64,000 nt of DNA from a virus. Lineage: Duplodnaviria > Heunggongvirae > Uroviricota > Caudoviricetes. The position numbers and the translations under genes were made by a program. This document shows positions 1-9,663 of this stretch, piece by piece; position 1 is the stretch's first letter; each line of letters opens with the position of its first letter. The stretch lies in the IMG/VR virus record IMGVR_UViG_3300008108_000006, one strand, 5' to 3'. The notes under the pieces were generated by a model. It was not told the DNA's origin. It saw nothing but the letters and a program-made list of their open reading frames with translations, and searched no databases.

Positions 1-393
1 CATCGGACGTATTTTATTAAAATGAACATAAAAACTAATAATATAGTTAGGAAAAACATGATCAAGCACAAAAAACTCAAACTCAAATTTTTTATCACCA
101 AAAAGTTTGTTTGCGAGAGAAATTAAGTTTTTTTTTTCTTTGTCATTAATTGACTCTTTTAAGTTATCCTTAGTTTCGCTATTGTTAATTTTTAAATATA
201 AATCAGTTTCAGGAATTAAACTTAATGTACTACCATCATCCCATTTCATATAATAAATTAACTCACCCATAACTTCAGAAATACCGGTTACAACTCCTGT
301 CGTTCCTACAATAACGGGTGAATATGGGTCGTTCATGTTAACTAAACTAACTCTGTCACCTACTTCTAATTTTGGGTTAAATTCTTTTTTCAT
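1..393 (-). CDS. Hypothetical protein, partial. The start codon is at 393 and the 3' end runs off the left edge of the window.
   Basis: Manual reverse-complement translation from ATG at 393..391 (MKKEFNPKLEVGDRVSLVNMNDPYSPVIVGTTGVV...) stays open to position 1. It is absent from the ORF track, apparently because it has no stop within the window. Confidence 0.4.
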   Translation of the reverse strand, partial: MKKEFNPKLEVGDRVSLVNMNDPYSPVIVGTTGVVTGISEVMGELIYYMKWDDGSTLSLIPETDLYLKINNSETKDNLKESINDKEKKNLISLANKLFGDKKFEFEFFVLDHVFPNYIISFYVHFNKIRPM

Positions 394-425
394 GTTTAAT
401 AAATATATTAATGTATTTATATGTT

Positions 426-1040
426 ATGAACATAAATATAACCGAATCAGATATTAAACACGTAATTCTTGAATCTGCTGAAAAGCAAACCGAGAAAACT
501 ATTGAAAATGTAAAAAAATACACAAAAGATCTATATGGAAAAGTTAAAGATCACTTAGGTCTTAATTTGAAATTTTTATTAACTTGGGGTGTGGGTATTG
601 GTGCTTTAATCAGTCCTATTGAAAGTTGGATCAATGAAAATGTTGCAGATATAACACCAATGGAGGTTACACTCATTGCAATATCAGCAGTAATGACGGT
701 TTTCTTTGAAAAGAAAGCCGATATAAAAGTCCTGTTGGATAGAATTAAAGAAAAAGGTTTATCAGATACTTTTTCAACTGTGGTCAAGAAAACAAAAGAA
801 CTAAAAAAATCATTTAAGAAACTTTTAGAATATCTTGGTGTTGGTTTGTCGGGTGTTGCGTCGATGGCAAATTATGCATTTATGTTACCGTTAATTCCAA
901 TTATGAAAGAGGTATTTATCCGTGGTGATTTTGAAGAAGTAGAATTGGATAAGATGGTTACAAGATTGATCGGGATTGGTGTTAGTGCTGCAGTTGCCGA
1001 GGTTATAAAAAAACTTGCATCACGTATTTCCAAATTGTGA
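426..1040 (+). CDS. Hypothetical protein with hydrophobic segments. Its N-terminus MNINITESDIKHVILESAEKQ resembles the shared N-terminal motif family.
   Basis: ORF track 411..1040, with an internal ATG at 426 giving MNINITESD. Confidence 0.45.
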   Translation: MNINITESDIKHVILESAEKQTEKTIENVKKYTKDLYGKVKDHLGLNLKFLLTWGVGIGALISPIESWINENVADITPMEVTLIAISAVMTVFFEKKADIKVLLDRIKEKGLSDTFSTVVKKTKELKKSFKKLLEYLGVGLSGVASMANYAFMLPLIPIMKEVFIRGDFEEVELDKMVTRLIGIGVSAAVAEVIKKLASRISKL

Positions 1041-1062
1041 TTTTAAGTTTATTATTGATCCT

Positions 1063-1485
1063 ATGGATCTCATTTCGACGCACATTATTAAAAAACAAGA
1101 CTTAGGAGTTCACGGAGCATTATTCGGTGGAACATTACTATCAATGATAGATGAAAGTGCTGCCGGTTATGCAATGCAATTGTGTGATACACCAAGATTG
1201 GTAACCGTAAGTATTGATAAATGTTTTTTTGAAAAACCTGCTAAGGAAGGTCAATTATTAAAAATCTATGGATCACCCGTTAGACACGGGAATAGTTCCA
1301 TAACTTTATATTTGGAAGCACGTAATCACAACGTATATACAGGTGAACAAAAAATCATTCTAAAAACAAACATTAAATTCGTTCGTATTGATGAAGAAGG
1401 TAACGCAATTCCATTAGGTGAAAAAGCAAAAAATAGAATAACAAAACTTATCGGTGGTGAAAAAACCGAAGATAAGGAGATTTAA
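1063..1485 (+). CDS. Hotdog-fold acyl-CoA thioesterase-like protein
   Basis: HGALFGGTLLSMIDESAAGYA ... KIYGSPVRHGNSSITLYLEARN is typical of YbgC/FadM/PaaI-type hotdog thioesterases. Start placed at the internal Met (MDLIS) to avoid overlap with the upstream gene. Confidence 0.5.
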   Translation: MDLISTHIIKKQDLGVHGALFGGTLLSMIDESAAGYAMQLCDTPRLVTVSIDKCFFEKPAKEGQLLKIYGSPVRHGNSSITLYLEARNHNVYTGEQKIILKTNIKFVRIDEEGNAIPLGEKAKNRITKLIGGEKTEDKEI

Positions 1486-2171
1486 TTTTTTGTCATACCA
1501 TTAACTGAATTTTGATTTTGACTACCCGCTCTATATGTTTCCAAATCTTTTTCAAATGTTGATAAATTATGTTTTAAGTTTCTATTACCTTTAAAATATT
1601 TTATCAATGGGGGGAGAGTAGCTATAATCAAATACACAATCATACAAATGGCTAACGTTGAGAGACCTACCAACAGGCCAGCACCCGCACCTAAAACAAT
1701 TCCTGATGCGGCACCAATAATAACAGTGAACATCGCGGTTACTTTTGTTGCCCCCCGAATATCATTACTAAGGTTACGTTTGATTTCGCTTTTGGTTGTT
1801 GATAATTTATTTTTTTGAAGTTGTTTAATTTTATTAATTATATTAACCAATTCTTTTTCATAATCATCCACAGTTTGTTCAGATAAATTATATTTATTTT
1901 TAATAAAAACATTATACAAAGCTCTAACTAAATTGATAGCCTGATTAATATTCAAACCATTTAAAAATGACACTAATTCCGGTGTTAATACTTTAGGAAA
2001 CATAGATTTCAAAGAATCAATTGAAAAATTTGATTTAATTAGAGTATCCTGAATACTTTTTATAGTATTATCATCAAAACTTAATAAGTTTTTAATAAAT
2101 TCTTTAACGTTTTGACCTTCAGATAATACCTGAAGTTTTTTATATTGATTTTCTGAGATTATGAGTTTCAT
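1482..2171 (-). CDS. Hypothetical membrane-anchored protein, first of a tandem paralog pair (N-terminus MKLIISENQYKKLQVLSEGQNVKEFIKNLL, C-terminal TM helix)
   Basis: ORF track. About 65% identical to the adjacent 2191..2856 product over the N-terminal 150 aa. Confidence 0.55.
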   Translation of the reverse strand: MKLIISENQYKKLQVLSEGQNVKEFIKNLLSFDDNTIKSIQDTLIKSNFSIDSLKSMFPKVLTPELVSFLNGLNINQAINLVRALYNVFIKNKYNLSEQTVDDYEKELVNIINKIKQLQKNKLSTTKSEIKRNLSNDIRGATKVTAMFTVIIGAASGIVLGAGAGLLVGLSTLAICMIVYLIIATLPPLIKYFKGNRNLKHNLSTFEKDLETYRAGSQNQNSVNGMTKN

Positions 2172-2190
2172 TTATTCGGATAATTTAATT

Positions 2191-2856
2191 TTAATTTTTT
2201 GTTAGAATATCAACTGAGTTTTGATTTTGATTACCTGTTTTATATGTTTCTAAATCTTTTTCCAACGACGCTAAATTATATTTTAAGTCCCTTTTAACTT
2301 TAAAATACCTTATTAATGCTGGAAGATACTTTATAATCAAAGAAACAATAATACAGACACCAAAAGTAGCGAGACCTGTCAATAACACACCGCTACCCAA
2401 ACCCGCGGCTAAACCAAGTGCAATTGAAAGCGCAATACCTAAAGGTAAATCAAACCCAGTAACGTTACGTTTAAATTCATCTTTAGGTAATTTATTTTTT
2501 TGAAGTAGTTTAACTTTGTTAATTGCACTAACCAATTCTTTTTCATAATCGTCCGAAGTTTGTTCAGATAAATTATATTTGTTTTTAATAAAAACATTAT
2601 ACAACGCTCTAACTAAATTGATTGCTTGATTAACATTCAAACTGTCTAATTTTGATACTAATTCCGGTGTTAATACTTTAGGAAACATAGATTTCAAAGA
2701 ATCAATTGAAAAATTCGACTTAACTAAAATATCTTGAATCCTTTTTATAGTATTATCGTCAAAACTTAATAAGTTTTTAATAAATTCTTTAACGTTTTGA
2801 CCTTCAGATAATATCTGAAGTTTTTTATATTGATTTTCTGAGATTACGAATTTCAT
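2191..2856 (-). CDS. Hypothetical membrane-anchored protein, second of the tandem paralog pair
   Basis: ORF track 2191..2868. The internal Met MKFVISENQ at 2856 gives an ATGA overlap with the stop of the upstream gene. Confidence 0.55.
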   Translation of the reverse strand: MKFVISENQYKKLQILSEGQNVKEFIKNLLSFDDNTIKRIQDILVKSNFSIDSLKSMFPKVLTPELVSKLDSLNVNQAINLVRALYNVFIKNKYNLSEQTSDDYEKELVSAINKVKLLQKNKLPKDEFKRNVTGFDLPLGIALSIALGLAAGLGSGVLLTGLATFGVCIIVSLIIKYLPALIRYFKVKRDLKYNLASLEKDLETYKTGNQNQNSVDILTKN

Positions 2857-3980
2857 TTGCTTGGACAAGATAATTTTAGTTTAAACAATGTGTTTTTTAA
2901 TGGTGAATACGCAACTAATCTAACAGTTTTAACACCCGATAAGTTACTAATATTAAAACCAATCTCGTGATCATCAGAAGTGTTATTATCAAACTTAATC
3001 GTTTTGGGGTTTTTAGCGTTAAGAAGGTTTCTTAGACTTCCTTGAAGTTGTTGACCATAGTCTTGGTTTATCCTAATATCTCCAACGTTAACACCATTAA
3101 ACGCGTTTTGATTTTGATATTTTTGAGCAAGATTAACAAATTGTACAAACTCTACCCAATTAGGAGAACCCATATATCCTGTATCCAATAAAACAGTATT
3201 TGACTCGGCATTTGTAATTATAAATCTATCAGGAATTCTTAGTGAATTAAAATATATTTCTAAATTCTTATTATACTCACTAACATCAATTTTACGATCA
3301 AATCCGATAAATGGTGGCTTACCAACCTCAACACCACCACCTGTGACTTCATATGATGAGTTACAATCTAATCGTAATATATCCCCACCAAAATTACTAA
3401 TTTTATTACCTTGCGGTACATAATCAAATCCTCTACCACCCTTATTCGGTAGTGTACGAGTTTTTGTTTGTAATGGTTTTAGTGTATTATCAACACCAAC
3501 TTCCAAATAAACGTATTGGTCTGCCAAATATTTAGGATCCGTTGCCTTATCAACACCCTTCACATATTTTTCTTGTCTTTCTTCAGGTTTTACAATGTAT
3601 TCTTCAATTTGAGAATTTTCTTTCCAATTAGGAATACTTGTATTTAACCAAGTTGTTATAACCGATTTAATGGTTTGTAATCTATTTTTTGATAAATCAC
3701 CGTCTTTCATACCGGGAGGTGGTGTGGAGTTAGATTCACTAGATTCAATATATAATTTAATGTCACCACCATCATTATCCGTATAGAATTTTTTCAGTGG
3801 TTCTAATTTCTTATAAACGTCATTAACATTCAAACTTTTAACATCATATTTACCTTGTTGAAAATCCGCACCGAAATCTATTCTCAATCTACCATCATTT
3901 GATTCTTGTTCAAACAAAAATTTAGAATAAAGACTTTTAATATAATTCTTCTCAGATTCGGTAATAATAAATTTACCCAT
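2853..3980 (-). CDS. Hypothetical protein with the family N-terminus MGKFIITESEKNYIKSLYSKFLFEQ
   Basis: ORF track 2853..4055. ATG at 3980..3978 was checked on the reverse strand. Confidence 0.55.
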   Translation of the reverse strand: MGKFIITESEKNYIKSLYSKFLFEQESNDGRLRIDFGADFQQGKYDVKSLNVNDVYKKLEPLKKFYTDNDGGDIKLYIESSESNSTPPPGMKDGDLSKNRLQTIKSVITTWLNTSIPNWKENSQIEEYIVKPEERQEKYVKGVDKATDPKYLADQYVYLEVGVDNTLKPLQTKTRTLPNKGGRGFDYVPQGNKISNFGGDILRLDCNSSYEVTGGGVEVGKPPFIGFDRKIDVSEYNKNLEIYFNSLRIPDRFIITNAESNTVLLDTGYMGSPNWVEFVQFVNLAQKYQNQNAFNGVNVGDIRINQDYGQQLQGSLRNLLNAKNPKTIKFDNNTSDDHEIGFNISNLSGVKTVRLVAYSPLKNTLFKLKLSCPSK

Positions 3981-4011
3981 AAACATTTTTCTTATAAATA
4001 TATTTACTAAT

Positions 4012-4596
4012 ATGAAATATATATTTTTACTTACATTTTTCTTTATATCCTTCACCGCACCTTATAGAGAAAAAGTAGCATTTGACTACGGAATTTATAA
4101 AGGTGAATATAGTGAAGTGTATGAACAACCTCTTTGGATCCAATATTCGTTGTATAAACCAGTGTCATTGGTATCTCGAGGTCATCTAAATTTTTATAAA
4201 CCAAAAGACATTCATACGTCAGATAATTCTGATTATGCAAATAATGAATATGATAAGGGACATATCGCATCCGCTGAGAGTTTTTCAGATACAAAAGATC
4301 ATATGTATGCCACTTTTTCATATTGTAATTCTGCATTACAAAACTTCTCATTAAATCGTGGGATTTGGAAAGAACTAGAATCTAAGGAAAGAAGTTGGGC
4401 TCAAACCGACTCAATAGTTGTTAAATGTGAATTGATATTTTCAAAATCATCAATTAAATTAAAATCAGGTGCCACTGTCCCTGATTCATTTAGGAAAACA
4501 ATTTATTTTGTTTTTTCAAAAAAACAATACATTTATTATTTTAATAATTCCGCACCCACAAAACCTTTGGAATCCTATTTAATTTCTCAAAAATAA
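4012..4596 (+). CDS. DNA/RNA non-specific endonuclease (NucA/Serratia-nuclease family) with an N-terminal hydrophobic signal-like segment
   Basis: DKGHIASAESF ... NSALQNFSLNRGIWKELE matches the beta-beta-alpha-Me nuclease core (GH ... N ... N.G.W..LE). N-terminus is MKYIFLLTFFFISFTA. Confidence 0.55.
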   Translation: MKYIFLLTFFFISFTAPYREKVAFDYGIYKGEYSEVYEQPLWIQYSLYKPVSLVSRGHLNFYKPKDIHTSDNSDYANNEYDKGHIASAESFSDTKDHMYATFSYCNSALQNFSLNRGIWKELESKERSWAQTDSIVVKCELIFSKSSIKLKSGATVPDSFRKTIYFVFSKKQYIYYFNNSAPTKPLESYLISQK

Positions 4597-4632
4597 TTTG
4601 ACTGTATAATTTCCCTTTTATATGATTGAAAC

Positions 4633-5568
4633 ATGGGAAAGTATAGAACATTATTAGAACAAAAAGATTACCTAAATATGAATATAGGTGATATGATTAG
4701 GTCCGTAGACCTTAGTGGAAAATCAAAATATGTTGAATTATTTACTAAGTTATTAGAAGATAAATTTAACAGAATTGGTGAATCCGCCAATGAATTTATC
4801 AGTGAGTTAGAATTTAGTAGCTGTGTTACCAATTCTGAACTAAGTAAATTGAAAGAAAGTAATAGTTTAGGAGTGTCATTTATACTTCGTTTATTTACTG
4901 ATTTTTATTCTTGGAGAGAATCCAAAGACTTATTTAAGTTTATGAGTTTTGTTGAAAATAACAAAATAAAGGTAGATGTCTCAGAAATTAGACAAATGTC
5001 TGATGTTAGTTTCTATGTCCAACTCGCAGAACTATCTTTAGAGGATAAGGAAATTATGGAATACATAATCAAGGATTATGAAGATGATGAATGGTTAATC
5101 GTTAGACCGTTATCACACCTGGCTTCAAGAAAATATGGTGCTGGATCAAAATGGTGTACCGCAGCGACTAATGACTCACACACCTTTTATGACTATACGT
5201 CATCAGGATGTTTAATTTATATCATTAAGAAAACTGAAAACTTTAAGGTTGCCGCTTATAAACGATTACACGATGGTTTGTCATTTTGGAATCAAATAGA
5301 TAACAGAATTGATTCTATTGAAAGTGGATTACCCTTTGAAATTTTATCTAAAGTAAAAACAATCATAAATAAAGGTGAGTGTAATTATGACCTTTTAAGT
5401 GATAATCAAAAGGATAAAGTGTCTATGAATACGGTTGGTGTTAAATTATATCCGACGGAAGAATTGTCAATAGCACCACCTGAAAACCCTTTATCTGCCT
5501 ATAATGGTGGCGAAATTGCTATCAACTATACTTACGACCAACCTGTCCAAGAACGAGTTACTTGGTAA
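4633..5568 (+). CDS. Hypothetical protein
   Basis: ORF track, 311 aa, no recognisable motifs. Confidence 0.5.
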   Translation: MGKYRTLLEQKDYLNMNIGDMIRSVDLSGKSKYVELFTKLLEDKFNRIGESANEFISELEFSSCVTNSELSKLKESNSLGVSFILRLFTDFYSWRESKDLFKFMSFVENNKIKVDVSEIRQMSDVSFYVQLAELSLEDKEIMEYIIKDYEDDEWLIVRPLSHLASRKYGAGSKWCTAATNDSHTFYDYTSSGCLIYIIKKTENFKVAAYKRLHDGLSFWNQIDNRIDSIESGLPFEILSKVKTIINKGECNYDLLSDNQKDKVSMNTVGVKLYPTEELSIAPPENPLSAYNGGEIAINYTYDQPVQERVTW

Positions 5569-5793
5569 TAATCGGTGATATTCATGATTGGGGATGTTTA
5601 ACACATCCCCTTTTTTTAATAAAACAGGTAAAGAGTTTTCCATCTGAAACTTCCATTCACCCGAAACTTCCAAAATGGTAACTTTTCTGTCACCTTCATC
5701 TCTATGCCATTGATATTCTTCTGAGTTAGAATTAAATAAGAATGTTCTTATTTTTGTGTTCTCATCAACAATCTGATCAACATAGGGTTTCAT
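5491..5793 (-). CDS. Hypothetical protein
   Basis: ORF track 5491..5826, trimmed to the internal Met MKPYVDQ. This start overlaps the stop of the upstream minus-strand gene at 5793. Confidence 0.4.
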   Translation of the reverse strand: MKPYVDQIVDENTKIRTFLFNSNSEEYQWHRDEGDRKVTILEVSGEWKFQMENSLPVLLKKGDVLNIPNHEYHRLLPSNSFLDRLVVSIVDSNFATIIGR

Positions 5794-6410
5794 TACCAAT
5801 AACCCCCATATGTTCGTCCGCCCCATAGGTGAGCATACCTATTGATTCGACATGCCCAGTACCCCGCTTTGGTTTTATCTTTCTTATCTTTACACTTATG
5901 TCTAGCAGCAAAACTTCTTCTTGCTTCAGGATTAGACACCTTTGCGGTTAATCCACCGTGAACATCACCAAAACTAATCTTTTTAACTCTACCCGAGTCA
6001 CCTTTAACATATACTTGGTATTTTTTCTTACCACCCGACGCTCTCATGGGGTAGTTTAATTTTACTTTTTTACCGGCATATTCCGCTTCATTGATTACCT
6101 CATCCTCAACCAAAAAAGGAACGTCCAAGAAAACAACATCACCTTCTTCATTGATCGCGGTTTTTCCGATATCCATAGATACGATCCATTTGTCAAAACC
6201 TTCAAGGAACAATTTACCTTGTTCGTGTAATTCTCTTGCTTCATTGATTAAATTAAAGAATTCATCTGAGTATGGTCTGAAGATTTGATCTTGCAATCTA
6301 ATACCTTCATTTAGGTGATATTTCAAATTTTCCGATATATTAACTTGTTCGGTTAAAACCATCTTTTTTGTTGTTTCTTCTCTCAAAACTTTTTGGATAA
6401 GGTCTTTCAT
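5793..6410 (-). CDS. Hypothetical protein. Its N-terminus MKDLIQKVLREETTKK belongs to the same family as 63220..63591 and 63588..63911.
   Basis: ORF track. Basic Lys-rich C-terminus. Confidence 0.55.
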   Translation of the reverse strand: MKDLIQKVLREETTKKMVLTEQVNISENLKYHLNEGIRLQDQIFRPYSDEFFNLINEARELHEQGKLFLEGFDKWIVSMDIGKTAINEEGDVVFLDVPFLVEDEVINEAEYAGKKVKLNYPMRASGGKKKYQVYVKGDSGRVKKISFGDVHGGLTAKVSNPEARRSFAARHKCKDKKDKTKAGYWACRINRYAHLWGGRTYGGYW

Positions 6411-6476
6411 AAACTTTTTTAGATAAATATACCGGTCACTCTTTGACAGTACAGATTCTTTTCGTATTTTTGTGAC

Positions 6477-6689
6477 ATGAATTCAAAATTTGTAAAAGAT
6501 TACGTTAAAGTAATGAGAACAATTACGTCTGTTGAAACGAAGGAACAGATGAAAATCGCTAGAAAACTTTTTAGTTTGTTGGTTAAGAAATGGGAAAAAC
6601 ATGCTGACATCATAGATAGTTATGATGAGAGTATTGAAAACTTATTTATGTTAGTTAATTCTAAAACAAATTTATTATATACCATATGA
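6477..6689 (+). CDS. Hypothetical protein
   Basis: ORF track, 70 aa. ATGA overlap with the next gene. Confidence 0.45.
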   Translation: MNSKFVKDYVKVMRTITSVETKEQMKIARKLFSLLVKKWEKHADIIDSYDESIENLFMLVNSKTNLLYTI

Positions 6690-7213
6690 GTTCATTTGAT
6701 TACAAGGAAGGAAACGATTTAATTGCGTATTTTATGGGATATACCCACCGGTATATTACCTACGAAGATCTAACTATGATGGGTAACCACCAAAAAACAT
6801 TATGCCACATTTATTCAAAAACTCCTTTGGAAATTGTGGATATGACTTTATATCCGTCACATTGGGAGGTTGATGCTGATAAAATGTTGGTGATCACACC
6901 ATATGAATGTTCAGAGTTTCCGTCTTATTTAGAGTATCACGAAGATTGGAATTATTTAATGGAAGTGATTGAATCAATTGAATCAACACCGATTGGGGGA
7001 GAATTACCTCACGTTAGTGTTACAACTAATATGTGTGAGATCATTACCGTAGATAAAATTTATGGTAGGGTTTATGGACATCCTTATGAGAAATTATTGA
7101 GGACTTGGGAAATGATTATTGAATTTTTGCAAGAAAATGAAGGTTTGGTTTGTTCTGATCTAAATGGTTTGTTTATTGATAGATCAAAAATAAAATTTGA
7201 TAATTTTAACTGA
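6686..7213 (+). CDS. Hypothetical protein
   Basis: ORF track, 175 aa. Confidence 0.5.
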   Translation: MSSFDYKEGNDLIAYFMGYTHRYITYEDLTMMGNHQKTLCHIYSKTPLEIVDMTLYPSHWEVDADKMLVITPYECSEFPSYLEYHEDWNYLMEVIESIESTPIGGELPHVSVTTNMCEIITVDKIYGRVYGHPYEKLLRTWEMIIEFLQENEGLVCSDLNGLFIDRSKIKFDNFN

Positions 7214-7291
7214 TGTTTATTGGAGTTTTTCTTTTTGTTGGGTTTTGTATTTTTTTGAATTTTTTTATTAGGAAAAACAAAAACTATTGAT

Positions 7292-7299
7292 TACCTTTG
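7292..7299 (+). promoter_or_regulatory. Bacteroidetes-type -7 promoter box TAccTTTG (representative of about 11 such boxes 15-40 nt upstream of ATGs)
   Basis: TAnnTTTG is seen at 7292, 10800, 12703, 18277, 28033, 29875, 30339, 32479, 33904 and 36531, each just upstream of a called gene. Confidence 0.5.
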
Positions 7300-7318
7300 T
7301 GTCATTAAATTATAAGAC

Positions 7319-7975
7319 ATGAAAATTGAAGTAGGACACGGGATCAGAAGAAGAGTTTGGTTTACAAGCGATACTCACTACGCTCACTCTAATATTTGTA
7401 GGGCAACCACTCAATGGACCGGTAGTGACAACTTAACTCGAGATTTTAAGTCGTTGGATCATATGAATGATACCTTGGTGAATAACATCAATGAGATCGT
7501 TCATCAGGATGATATTTTAATTCACTTGGGTGATTGGTCCTTCGGTGGGTTTGAGAATATTGAAGAATTCAGAAACCGAATCTTATGTAAAAACATTCAT
7601 TTGGTCTTGGGAAACCACGATCACCATATTAGGAGAGATAAGGGCGGAGTTAAATCATTGTTCTCATCTGTTCAAGATTATTTGATGATTGATCTTCGGG
7701 TTAATAAAACAGGTAAACTTGTTGATAGACACACTTTGATTTGTATGCACTACCCAATCGCATCTTGGGATGGTATGAATAACGGGAATATCCATTTACA
7801 CGGACACGTTCACTTACCTAAACATTTACGAGTTGCTGATGGTAAAGCGATGGATGTCGGTGTTGATGGTAACAATATTGTTCCGATTGAGATTTATGAG
7901 ATTTTGAATATTATGCACAACCAACCAATACGTAAATTAACACTACCGAAGGACCATCACGAAAAAAGATTGTAA
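7319..7975 (+). CDS. Calcineurin-like metallophosphoesterase
   Basis: GDWSFGG and GNHDHH are metallophosphatase motifs II/III. A TAccTTTG -7 box lies at 7292-7299. Confidence 0.65.
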   Translation: MKIEVGHGIRRRVWFTSDTHYAHSNICRATTQWTGSDNLTRDFKSLDHMNDTLVNNINEIVHQDDILIHLGDWSFGGFENIEEFRNRILCKNIHLVLGNHDHHIRRDKGGVKSLFSSVQDYLMIDLRVNKTGKLVDRHTLICMHYPIASWDGMNNGNIHLHGHVHLPKHLRVADGKAMDVGVDGNNIVPIEIYEILNIMHNQPIRKLTLPKDHHEKRL

Positions 7976-7982
7976 AAAAGTT

Positions 7983-8273
7983 TTGAGAATTAAAATTTTG
8001 GTTTTATCTTTACCGATATTAAAAATGAAAGTTATGGAAGGAACAATAAACCTACATGAAGAATGGGGTTGGGGTGTAATGAACCATACTGATGAATCAA
8101 TCCCAGATTGGATACCTTTACACCCTGATGACCTCACCTACTTTGCTGAGATGAAGGAGAGATTTGATAACTTTGAAGCTCGTGTACTATCATCACCTGA
8201 AGTAGAGTTTGAAACTATTATCCATCCTAAATTTACAGGTAGAATCATCTACGCTAAACTAAATACAAAATGA
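7983..8273 (+). CDS. Hypothetical protein
   Basis: ORF track. The start is uncertain. Confidence 0.4.
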   Translation: MRIKILVLSLPILKMKVMEGTINLHEEWGWGVMNHTDESIPDWIPLHPDDLTYFAEMKERFDNFEARVLSSPEVEFETIIHPKFTGRIIYAKLNTK

Positions 8274-8944
8274 AAAACATACACTTAATACCAACAGACA
8301 AACTAAGTAGGTATGTAACTAATTACATGGAACAAAACATGCAATTCCAAAACATCTACATCACATCTGATGAAAAACCTAAATCAGGTGATTGGTCATT
8401 ATATGCAGGATGTAAATTGCATAAATGTATTGAAGATATTATAGGAGACGAATTTAAAAAAATCATCCTAACAACAGACCAAGACTTAATCAATGATGGT
8501 GTACAAAAGATTGATGATGAGTTCTTAGAATGGTTTGTTAAGAATCCAAGTTGTGAGGAAGTTGAGGTTAGTTATGAAGTATTAAAACCTTTTCAAAGCA
8601 ATGATAAAGGGTATATAATACATTTGCCTGACAATGAAGTTTTAGGAGAACCAAAACAAGAAACACTTGAAGGAGCTGATAGTAAATGGTCTTTAGAAGA
8701 GGCTCAAGAATTTGCACTAAGTAAATTTACCAAAGACAGTAACCCCAAAAAAGGTGTGGTTAAATGGGAAGATATTTTAGAAGTTTTAAAAGTAGGAGTA
8801 TTAACAGGACACAAATTTGGTGCTAATTGGCAAGCTGAAAGAATGTATAGTGAGGAGGAAGTTTTACAATTATTATTAAGATTACAACAAACAGAATCTT
8901 ATGATAATTTACATGATTGGTTTGAACAATTTAAAAAGAAATGA
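8270..8944 (+). CDS. Hypothetical protein
   Basis: ORF track, 224 aa. ATGA overlap with the upstream gene. Confidence 0.5.
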   Translation: MKNIHLIPTDKLSRYVTNYMEQNMQFQNIYITSDEKPKSGDWSLYAGCKLHKCIEDIIGDEFKKIILTTDQDLINDGVQKIDDEFLEWFVKNPSCEEVEVSYEVLKPFQSNDKGYIIHLPDNEVLGEPKQETLEGADSKWSLEEAQEFALSKFTKDSNPKKGVVKWEDILEVLKVGVLTGHKFGANWQAERMYSEEEVLQLLLRLQQTESYDNLHDWFEQFKKK

Positions 8945-8945
8945 A

Positions 8946-9200
8946 ATGGAAAGAGGAGAATCAATTTGTACTACAATAAATATTTTAGTAATAGTATCAA
9001 GTTTTTGTATTGGACTAATTGTTGGTGTTTGGATGAACAAACAACCATCTAAACCAACTAAACAATATCCTGTAAGAGTTGTACTGTATGGTGAAGGTAT
9101 TCAATCAACATTTGATTGTGATAGTGCTACCCTTACTCACGCTTGGAAAGATGGTGTTAAGATTGACATACAAAATGTTTTTCAAATTAAATTTAACTAA
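8946..9200 (+). CDS. Small membrane protein (one TM helix)
   Basis: ORF track 8901..9200, trimmed to ATG 8946 (MERGESICTTINILVIVSSFCIGLIVGVW). Confidence 0.45.
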   Translation: MERGESICTTINILVIVSSFCIGLIVGVWMNKQPSKPTKQYPVRVVLYGEGIQSTFDCDSATLTHAWKDGVKIDIQNVFQIKFN

Positions 9201-9440
9201 ATGAATCAAACATTTATATATGTTGCAGTATGGGATGGTATTCCTGTAGTAGCGGCACCTAATAGAGAGTTACTGGAACAAGCCCTCAATGAGTATAACA
9301 ACAATACACCTATCAGATATGAAGCTTACAATCCAAAGTACCCTGATGATTTAGAAGGTTGGTATTATTACAAAGACCCTCAAACAGAAGGTGAAGAGTG
9401 TAGATTTTCTGTTAGGTGTATTGAATTTAAAGGAGAATAA
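9201..9440 (+). CDS. Hypothetical protein
   Basis: ORF track, 79 aa. Confidence 0.45.
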   Translation: MNQTFIYVAVWDGIPVVAAPNRELLEQALNEYNNNTPIRYEAYNPKYPDDLEGWYYYKDPQTEGEECRFSVRCIEFKGE

Positions 9441-9441
9441 A

Positions 9442-9663
9442 ATGAAACTATACACAGAAGAACAAGTAAGAAAATTGCTTAAAAAAGCATTTTGGCAAGA
9501 TTTCTATGAGGGTGATACTGAGGAGAGCCTAATAAGTGAACTAACACCCATAGAACTACCAACGGATGAGGAGATAGAAGAAACATTAGGTGCAGCCGCA
9601 GGTGGATTATTTTGTAAGGGTGCTAAATGGATGAGAGATAAACTACAAGGAGGTAACAAATGA
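9442..9663 (+). CDS. Hypothetical protein
   Basis: ORF track 9391..9663. An internal ATG at 9442 is preceded by an aaggag SD-like element. Confidence 0.45.
   Translation: MKLYTEEQVRKLLKKAFWQDFYEGDTEESLISELTPIELPTDEEIEETLGAAAGGLFCKGAKWMRDKLQGGNK

Noticed and set aside
551-787. Numerous short antisense or shadow ORFs in the track (for example 551..787, 4052..4351, 6091..6288, 12074..12265, 16131..16508, 18579..18893, 26370..26701, 31159..31557, 37412..37759, 38896..39165, 41170..41406, 48703..48909, 49176..49785, 50915..51133, 57298..57612, 57744..57944, 58900..59112, 59319..59576, 61300..61488)
   Set aside because: They lie wholly inside longer ORFs on the opposite strand or in another frame, have low-complexity or AT-codon-biased composition, and lack promoter or terminator context.
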